Below, piece after piece: positions 55,525-64,000 of a stretch of DNA of 64,000 bases. The position numbers were made by a program, and so were the translations under genes. Positions within the stretch are counted from its first letter, which is position 1. Every line of letters starts with the position of its first letter. The notes below the pieces were generated by a model that was given only the letters and a program-made list of their open reading frames with translations, made no database searches and was not told the origin of the DNA. The stretch covers positions 40,362,001 through 40,426,000 of the forward strand of contig OX597814.1 in assembly GCA_951406725.2 (NCBI GenBank), in the 5' to 3' direction. This stretch comes from Octopus vulgaris. Taxonomy: Eukaryota.

Positions 55525-55950
55525 GGAAATCCGTTGGAAAAAACAAAAAACAGAACAGAGGCGGAGCAAAACAAATCGAACGAGGCTCCTAAGAGCCCAT
55601 GGCCAAACTGTTTATCAATGTATGTTGAAAACGGGTGGTGGGTGCGTTGAAGATTTTAACGGGTCAGGCAGCGGTCATTCCGCTGGGTGAGAGCACCGGG
55701 TGCTTAGATGTTCTTTGTGACCGAGACTAAAGTTCTGACTATTTAAAGAATATTGGGTGTATTATATGGGGCGAGAAAAACAAAACACCATTCGTCTCCC
55801 AGGAGTAATTCCCCTTGCAATGGTTAATCATATTTCTCTTAAAAGCTTTTTCAGAATTTATTTCCAAGGGCTATTTTCATATAAGTAGTGTGACCGGGTG
55901 CAGGTATTATTTATAAGCGTTATTTATAAGCAAGATAAGTATAACGCCGC

Positions 55951-56332
55951 CAATGGTTCTCTTCCATCCCCAATAAGAAACGTACTAGGTTCATTCAGTT
56001 TGATATCGCCAGCTTCTACCCCTCGATTAACCCTAGTGTACTAAATAAGGCCCTTTGGCATGCTCACAACAAGGCTGGCCTCACCAGAGAAGAAATAGAT
56101 ATCATTTTAGTTGCCAGGAAATCGTTTATTAAGTTTGATAATAAGTTATGGATCCGTAAAGATACTCCCAATGAATTTGATGTGCCTATGGGTAGTTCGG
56201 ATAGTGCGCCGATTTGGTCGGAATATATATTCTCTACGAATTGTCCGACCAATTCCTGGAGATCGCGGGCGGCCTGTATCGTGACGATTGTCTGTTTTAC
56301 ATGCAAAACACCACGAACTGAATAGTGCAGAA
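55951..56332 (+). pseudogene. Inverted duplicate of PLE RT motifs A-C
   Basis: QWFSSIPNKKRTRFIQFDIASFYPSI...FDVPMGSSDSA / LVGIYILYEL...GLYRDD, with the same frameshift as the main copy. Confidence 0.88.
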
Positions 56333-56502
56333 TAATAGAACAGAATAATGGGGCGAGACAAAACAAAACACCATTCGTCTCCCAGGAGTAATTCCCCTTG
56401 CAATGGTTAATCATATTTCTCTTAAAAGCTTTTTCAGAATTTATTTCCAAGGGCTATTTTCATATAAGTAGTGTGACCGGGTGCAGGGATTATTTATAAG
56501 CG

Positions 56503-58224
56503 TTATTTATAAGCAAGATAAGTATAACGCCGCCAATGGGGACATCGAAAAGCCGACTGTAAAAGTCTGTTTACCATCCGGTGTCTGGCGAACAATATAT
56601 GGAAGAGTTCGGAGACACAAAGGTTGCACTTCCTTCTGCCCCTGTCAAATGGGAGGGCCACCGACAAAATTGACCATTCCAGCCTGTAGCTTGAGTTCGT
56701 ATTCTTCAATCGCCATATTAGCTTGCTAAGTCCCGTGGTCTGGCATTTATTCACGTCTCGAAAAGTTGCGTAATGGTTGGAGATTCGTAAGGCCAATCTT
56801 GACGATGAGGCCCCGACATAAGAGTAGACATCTGAGTCCGTGTAAACCTTGCATTGGTAGACGGCGTTTCTGATCTTGGAGTTCACCGACGTGAACCTTA
56901 TTCTATTAGGATTAGTTTCTGAAATTTGAACTGCGTTACTGTTACTATATTTGTTGCGAGAACTGCAGCCGCTTACTACTTTATTTTCCACTACGTCACT
57001 ATTAACTAACGGAATAACCCCTGATTCTACACTATCACTCAGAGTGCTGTCATTGCTAGTGCCCGGGGTGCTGCTATTGCCGGAAACGACGCTGGAGTTG
57101 CTATTGGGACTCTCTACCCTAACGAGCCGAGCTGCGCTCACCTCACTACTGCCGTTGTTACCGTCAATGACATCACCCTTATTTATAACTATACCCCTAG
57201 TATATAATCCCTGGTTGGAGCTGAGATTATGAGTTACTGTACTGGCTCTCATATCATTATTACTTCTATTATTATTCCTACTGAGCGTTAAACCAGGAGC
57301 GGAAGAAGCTGTGCCTCCGGAAAAAGGTGATAGGGTCTTAGTAAGCAGCCTATTATTATGGGAGGCGATTATCTGGGCGAGGTTTTTAGTGTTGGAGAAA
57401 GCTATCCTAACTTTATGCGAGTTAACCGTGGAGTAATATTTGGAATTTCTGGGGAAGATATTGGCGATGGCTTGTCGAAACATGAGGGGGAGGTTAGTTC
57501 TAAACTGCTTACCAAAGGGAATTACAAACCATATATGCCTATTCCTATTTATGTGATGGGTCGGGACGCCAGCTCTCGCATTCGGGTGGGTGATTCTCGG
57601 ATGAATAACGGGTTTTGTGTTATTGTGAGATCCCCCGGACCGATAATTATCCTTGTTCGCTAAATTAAATGCGGGAGCGACTGCCCCAGCACCCGCCGCG
57701 CTCCCGTCACTACTTAAATTATTTATGTTATTATAGACGGCCCTATCCTGATGACCGAATGATGGCATCGGAAGGGCCGGATCAATATAAATTACCTTCT
57801 GCCTATAACCGGCCTTGGATAGTGCGGCGTTATAAAATTCCGCTTTCTGCATAAACATATCGGCACTAGCGGACAAGCCAGACAATCTTAGGGAGATGTT
57901 TTTAACCAAATTGTCTGTTACGGTTTTGGCATGATTGGAGAAGACACTGACATACTTCAAATTAGTGGAGGGCTTATGGTAAGGGCAGTATGAGTCGCTA
58001 TTAAGGTTAAGTGTAACGTCTAGGAAATTAGCCTTGGTGAGTTCATTATCAAAAACTATATTCATGCCCATTCTATTAAAAAACCTAGCTAACCTGCTCT
58101 TAGTTTTCTGCACTATTCTGTTCGTGGTGTTTTGCAGGTAAAACAGACAATCGTCACGATACAGGCCGCCCGCGATCTCCAGGAATTGGTCGGACAATTC
58201 GTAGAGAATATATATTCCGACCAA
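56503..58224 (-). CDS. PLE polyprotein fragment: RT (YRDD motif onward) plus C-terminal GIY-YIG endonuclease
   Basis: GGLYRDD, NFLDVTL, PYHKP...SNH, AVYQCKV...YVGASSSRLALRISNH, WSIL, CNLC...CPH. Upstream, in another frame (58487-58227), lie FIQFDIASFYPSI and FDVPMGSSDSA, so the copy is frameshifted and 5'-truncated. Confidence 0.9.
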   Translation of the reverse strand: MVGIYILYELSDQFLEIAGGLYRDDCLFYLQNTTNRIVQKTKSRLARFFNRMGMNIVFDNELTKANFLDVTLNLNSDSYCPYHKPSTNLKYVSVFSNHAKTVTDNLVKNISLRLSGLSASADMFMQKAEFYNAALSKAGYRQKVIYIDPALPMPSFGHQDRAVYNNINNLSSDGSAAGAGAVAPAFNLANKDNYRSGGSHNNTKPVIHPRITHPNARAGVPTHHINRNRHIWFVIPFGKQFRTNLPLMFRQAIANIFPRNSKYYSTVNSHKVRIAFSNTKNLAQIIASHNNRLLTKTLSPFSGGTASSAPGLTLSRNNNRSNNDMRASTVTHNLSSNQGLYTRGIVINKGDVIDGNNGSSEVSAARLVRVESPNSNSSVVSGNSSTPGTSNDSTLSDSVESGVIPLVNSDVVENKVVSGCSSRNKYSNSNAVQISETNPNRIRFTSVNSKIRNAVYQCKVYTDSDVYSYVGASSSRLALRISNHYATFRDVNKCQTTGLSKLIWRLKNTNSSYRLEWSILSVALPFDRGRRKCNLCVSELFHILFARHRMVNRLLQSAFRCPHWRRYTYLAYK

Positions 58225-58708
58225 ATCGGCGCACTATCCGAACTACCCATAGGCACATCAAATTCATTGGGAGTATCTTTACGGATCCATAACTTATTAT
58301 CAAACTTAATAAACGATTTCCTGGCAACTAAAATGATATCTATTTCTTCTCTGGTGAGGCCAGCCTTGTTGTGAGCATGCCAAAGGTCCTTATTTAGTAC
58401 ACTAGGGTTAATCGAGGGGTAGAAGCTGGCGATATCAAACTGAATGAACCTAGTACGTTTCTTATTGGGGATGGAAGAGAACCATTGGCGGCGTTATACT
58501 TATCTTGCTTATAAATAACGCTTATAAATAATACCTGCACCCGGTCACACTACTTATATGAAAATAGCCCTTGGAATTAAATTCTGAAAAAGCTTTTAAG
58601 AGAAATATGATTAACCATTGCAAGGGGAATTACTCCTGGGAGACGAATGGTGTTTTGTTTTGACGACGGGGGGTCTCTTTGACAAGGCATGATTAGACGA
58701 ATACACGC

Positions 58709-58891
58709 ACACATAAAATAGTTTTCTGCCGCCCAACAGATTTTACAGCAGTGACCATTGTGTAGGGCTGTTTACCAACTGACGGCCGCGCGATCAAACG
58801 CACTTACGAACACATAAAATATTTTCTACCCCCTGACGGATTTCTCAGCAGTGACCAGAGTGTAGCGCTTCTTACCAACTTGCGGCCGCGC
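58709..58891. repeat. Degenerate ~100-bp tandem duplication in the PLE 3' region
   Basis: acacataaaata...cagcagtgacca...ttaccaact...ggccgcgc at 58709-58791 and 58810-58891. Confidence 0.8.
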
Positions 58892-59305
58892 ATATATAGA
58901 ACAGTACACACACACATGTTTCTAAGTATATTTTGGCTCGCCCCATATAATACACCTAATATTCTTTAAATATGTGTAAACACACATAAGAGAACACGGT
59001 GCAAGTACGCCGCTATATATATATATATATATATATAATACAGGGGAAAATTAATTCATTATTTAATTAATTAATTAATAATTAATAATTTTACCAAATA
59101 GTCAGTACGTTAAAGGAAATTCTTTACACAAAATATTCTACAATTATATACATAATTATAATCAGAGATCAGCTAAGTGCCTCGTCACGTACTGAATTAG
59201 AAATAAATACTGATGTATTTTCAACTACCATAAAAACTCTCCCAGGAAAAAAACCCATACATTTTATGTAAGTAAAAAGTAAAATGAAGAACCAAACAAC
59301 TTCGG

Positions 59306-59370
59306 TAACTACAGACGTGTTTCGAATTGAAGTCAAATTATATTTACCTATTATTTTGCTCAGTGTAGTA
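59306..59370 (-). ncRNA. Decayed HHR-like relic
   Basis: actaca-CUGAGCA...ttc-GAAA-cacg-UC-tgtagt: 6-bp stem I, but position 8 is altered and stem II is lost. Confidence 0.35.
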
Positions 59371-59479
59371 CTCCAAGTTATAAATTTGCAAGTGTTAGGA
59401 TTAAATATCTACGTGATCAAGCGTATTTGCATAACTAATATTCATCCGCACTCCCCAAAATATACAACCGAATGTGATA

Positions 59480-59710
59480 TATATTTATCTTTTATAACCA
59501 TAAGACCATGCGTTCAATTCCCGACGACGTGAGTCCTTGAGTAATACAATTTATTTAACGTTGCTTCAGTCCACTCAGCTGACAAAACTGAATAGTAACT
59601 GTATTTCAAAAGGCCAGCCTTGTCACACTCTGTGTCACACTGTGTCACTTGTCACGTTAAGTTTACGTGTGTCTGTGGAATGCTCAGCTAGTTGCAAGTT
59701 AATTTGGTAG
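59480..59710 (+). mobile_element. Degenerate SINE related to family B
   Basis: ctgtatttcaaaaggccagccttgtcacactctgtgtcac...gtgtctgtggaatgctcagc is shared with 42580-42690. Confidence 0.7.
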
Positions 59711-59951
59711 AACCTTTTGACGAGTCACTTCACGAGAGACATCTGGATATTTATTGCAGTACAACACAACAAAATGATCGTAGTGATTACTAAAGAGTCT
59801 TACTAATTCCATTTTTTTCTCCAAGGAACATGGGAATTCTTGTCGTAAATCGATACTTTTGATGACATCATGTAATCATGTAACGTGAAAATATCATGAT
59901 ACGATGTTTATACTAAAACATATTATATATATATATATACATAGCGAGAGA

Positions 59952-62190
59952 GAATTTAGAAAAACACGCAAGACGAAGACGGGTCTGTAAACAACAAACA
60001 TATGTATTAGTTTAGCGCTTGGGAACTGAGAAAGTCTTTAACGTTTCGAGCCTACGTCCTTCAACAGAGAGGCGCACAGAAATGAACAGGGAGAGAAAAT
60101 AGAAAAAAGTTCAGTGGATAGCAATCTATCATGGCGAATGCCAGAAAGATGTGTCACACAGGAGGGGGAGGAAAAAGGGGAGATAATAAAGTAGTGTAGA
60201 TAATAAATTAATGGTGATCCCCAAACGAAGGTGCACGTGCGTGTGTATGTGAGAGCCTGTATGTGCGTGTGGAACAGGGCTGGCGGCCAGGGTTGTTAGG
60301 TTTGTGGATTCGGGGGAGGAAATAAATTTTGGGAGTGCGAGGTGTGCGGACAATGATATCGGGGATGCTTGGAAACTTTAAACCGGTCCACAGCAAACAG
60401 ATCGACTGCTTGGAACTGGCGGCCCAGGTCGGTGAAGCAGTCCTCCTTATTAAATGCAGGTGCAGTGTCGCGGAAAAGTGCACACAACCTAACGTGGCGC
60501 TTAAAGCTGTGGATATTGGCACGAGTCCGAAATTCGTAGCTGGATGGAGTGAGGGTGCTGAAGTGCAGACCCTTACTGAGGAGGGAACCGTTCATGTCAG
60601 AGAGGGGAAGATCTGGGGGAATGGTAACAACAGACAGAAGTGGGGAATGGGTGGATGGGACAGAACTAGGAATGTGGTGTGGAGTTGGAAGGCTGGGAGG
60701 AAGGAGGCATGTGGGTGAGGGTTGGGAGGGACGGGGTTGGTGAGGGTGGGGTAGCGTATCGAGGAGGAACACTTGTAGAGGAGGAGTCGGCGTAGTGGCA
60801 TCGGATGTGATGACATGGCGGAGAGATTGGAGCTTAAGTGGTTTGGTGGGAGCGAGGAATTGATGAAAGAGATGATCTAAATGAATTATATAATGTAAAT
60901 TAGAGTTAAAATTGGAAGGCAACTGAGAGGAGAAGAAGAGGAAAATGCCAGAGGGAGAAGGCTGTCGATAATGTGTATTTTGGAGAGATTAGAACGAAGG
61001 TGGCGTGCATAAGGTGGTAGAATGTAGTACGGAGTATGGGTAGGATGGTTGAAGCAGAGTGGGAAGTGGAGTGGAAATGGAAGCGGAAGCCTTTCAGGAT
61101 GAGGTGGTGATGAAAGCAGCAACTGATAAAGGAAAGGTGGCTAAAGAACCGGGATTTTGTTTTTAATTAGTAGGGAAAGGTTAATAGAAGTTTGAAAGCA
61201 GCGGAAAGGAAGTGTGGAAAGATAGTTTCTTAGGCGGTGGTGAAGGTGGGAGAAGAAAGGTTTCTAATCGGGCATGATTGAAAAACGAGAAGAAAAGAGA
61301 GAGAAATGAGGAAAAGTAAAAAGAGGTGGGGGAGAGAAAGGAAAATAAATACGTGAGGAGGAAAAATCCCAAGGGGTTGGGAGAAAAAATGCGAAAAGCA
61401 TGAGGAGAAAAATACAAGAGTTGGGAGGAGGAGAAAAAAATACAACTAGTGAAAGAAGGGGGAAGAAGGAAGAAACAAAGATAATGGGGAAGAAAGGGAA
61501 AATAGAAGACAAAAGGGTAAAGAAAGTGAGTGAGACAGAGGCAAGATTACAATTGCGGATTGAGATAAACGACAATAGGAAAAAGCAGAAAGTATAAAAA
61601 ATTTAGAGAAGTACAAAAGATTCAAACGTCGTGGTGTATTGAAGCAATTTCTCATCAAAGGAAGAGTCCTTTGTAATTCATAAGTAGGAAAGGTGCAGCC
61701 GAAATGTAGGACTCATGTGTAGGAGATTAGAAGGAAGTCCAGGAAGAGAATCCAGGTAGAATAGTCTTAGAAGTGGATGCAGAGACAAGATAATACTGGC
61801 ACGACCACGAGAGCGTTCAATATATTGTGTGAATTTACAAAAAAAAAATCAAAAAACGAAGATGTGTGTGTAACAAAATACTGATGTATTAGTTTAACGC
61901 TCGGAAAGTGAGAAAATATTTTATGTTTGGATCCTAGAAAGGAACTCAGAAAATATAGGGAGAGAAAATAAAAAAAAAGGTTTAGTGGGTAGCGATCTAT
62001 TATGGCAAATGTCAGACAGATGGGTCACACGAAAGAGCTAGGAAGAAGGGGAGATAATAAAGTAATATTGATACCAAAATGATGGAACGCGTGCGTGTGT
62101 ATGTGAGAGCGTGTATGTGCGTGTGGAAGGGGTCTTGTGACATTGACGTGCGCATGTGTGCATGTGTATGTGTGTGGATGATGGTGTAGG
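59952..62190 (-). mobile_element. Internally deleted Penelope-like element (Neptune-like N-terminus) between two direct pseudo-LTRs
   Basis: Direct repeats 59952-60274 and 61831-62127. Between them are SVVTIPPDLPLSD...LLSKGLHF...FKRHVRL and PRTPKIYFLPRIHKPNNPGR (pre-RT PLE motifs), fused directly to the pLTR. HHR-like motif at 60035-60072 on the same strand. Confidence 0.82.
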
Positions 62191-64000
62191 TCCTGAGAAG
62201 TGGTTATAATATTTACTTGCGAATACTCTATAATAAAGGCAAAATTTGCGATGCAATGTTTGTAATTGATAGAATTTATTGCAACCGATGTTACATAATT
62301 TTGATTATCATTGCAGTAAGGGAATTATAATAATCATCATAAATGAGAATTTTAGTAAAAAATCAAATTTCGAATAACGCTCCGCACAACCACAATACGC
62401 ATAATACGTGGTTCGAAAATTTATTAAAAATTTTAAGAATTCTTTAAACCAAATAGAATGTAATATGTACTCAAAGCATAATTACTCTCATAAATAATTA
62501 TGAAATTAACAATTAGAATGAAAAGATAGTGTCTAAAATTCTTGTTATACCTACCACTATCATAGGCGTCTTGATGACCAGCAATTTTTCACATAATTCT
62601 CCCATTCCTACCATATAATTTATTTATTTATTTATTTTTGCATCGCATGTCGATCGGTTTACACAATTTTCTTGTCTGTTGTCTCCCTCAAACCACAAAT
62701 ATATCTTTTTGGTTCCATTCCTTTTACTTGACATTTTGTTTTGTTCTGACCTTTATATATACACAAGCACCAAAGTGAATTTTATATTCCCACGTTCCTT
62801 TTTACTGCCTTGGATAATCTCCATTCTTTCATGTCAACTAGCTGGTGTCCAACATGATGAGAATACAAACTGCCTAAACTAAAAAATCATAAAAGTTCCT
62901 TCAATTAAAATTCAAGTTCTAATAGTAATTATATTGTTTTTTATTTGTTGAATAGTAGATTCTTGAATATTAAAGTTTTCTTTAGTCTATTTCCCACCGT
63001 AAAACAATTTCCCATTCAATTGAACACTTAAAGATAGAATTGCGTATTTCATTCCAACTTGATACTAGTTGTTCCCTACAGTGCACACGGTAACACTGAT
63101 ACAATTGAAAATGGTGTTTGTATAGATTCCTTTATTTTAGATCGTCATACATGTAGCACGTCGGTAAAATAATAATTGCTAAGCGCATCTGTAATACATA
63201 TTTATACTTATATTCAATATACTGGATAACGTGTTTAGAGAATCAACAGGATTGGTGGACATAACGGAACGTCTGGAAATCATGAACACGTAAACCGATT
63301 CAACTTTTAAATATCAAAAGCGTGTGTTTTTAATAAAATTATTGGAAACAATATGTCATGGTGCAACATAGAACCCACATTCGAACAAAAGAAAAAATAC
63401 AATTATATATATGCATTCACGCACATCGATTCTAGCATAACTACTACGCTGGTGCTAATATACTTAATCTACTGAGTAGCGTTCATTAGTTAATTGAAAT
63501 TATATTTTTGGAGACCAAATAAAGAAGTATTATGAAAGTTTATTTCGTGTGAAAAAAAGAGTTGACAACTTCAAAGATTAAGTTAATTATAGTTAATGGA
63601 ATATAGTATTTATTGTGCAATGATTCTGATTAGTGACAATAAAGCCTTAACTCCAGACAAGGTGGGATCTTATTAGAACTCTTCATCGTATCACAGTCGG
63701 AAATAACTACTTGATATTTGATTGATTTCAGGATAAATATTTGATTGATTTCTGCAAAAAATGTTATAGGATTAAATACCTGAGGCATGATGCTAGAGCA
63801 GCTAATAGTACATAGGTTATAAATGTATTGGTAAAAGAAAAATTGTTACAGAAATTTATGGCCATGGTTAATGAGAAGATAATTATTATCCATTCCAGAA
63901 TATGCGCAACTACCATAGAGAAGACAACACAGAAAAGTTAATTAATAAACGTTGATTAATTACGCTATTGAAATGTTTGATCTTTCATTATCGGGTGGCA

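Larger units (their letters stand above)
55340..58972 (-). mobile_element. Penelope-like retroelement, 5'-truncated, four-segment inverted structure
   Basis: S1 (~55340-55956) is the 3' end plus HHR (minus). S2 (55951-56332) is an RT fragment (plus). S3 (56348-58487) is the main body (minus). S4 (58482-58972) is the 3' end (plus). 55740-56332 is the reverse complement of 58106-58972 except for 273 extra bp in S4. Confidence 0.92.

Overview
AT-rich, microsatellite-laden eukaryotic DNA with no intact multi-exon host gene. The SINE families and repeat landscape suggest a cephalopod (Octopus-like) genome; this is an inference. Most ORFs in the supplied track are translations of (TA)n/(CA)n repeats. 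The window is mainly transposon debris: Penelope-like elements (PLEs), Helitrons (one with 23-aa STPR-like repeats), Tc1/mariner remnants, R4/Dong-type, RTE-like and other LINE fragments, and tRNA-derived SINEs. The best-preserved PLE is a 5'-truncated RT + GIY-YIG element folded into a four-segment inverted structure at 55.4-59.0 kb. The most striking signal, invisible in the ORF track, is about 15 type I hammerhead ribozyme (HHR) or HHR-like motifs from several unrelated families, most beside (TA)n tracts and several in inverted pairs. Three apparently unrelated families carry a compensatory U3-A8 core (UUGANAA instead of CUGANGA). One of these lies in a 363-nt, terminally redundant, rod-folding non-coding unit resembling a retrozyme or circular-RNA element (29.7-30.5 kb). 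Also seen: a clean ~470-bp locally templated inverted insertion into a Helitron, and a candidate TATA promoter with a signal-peptide first exon on the minus strand at 45.5-45.7 kb. All folds and translations were read by eye; no searches were run.
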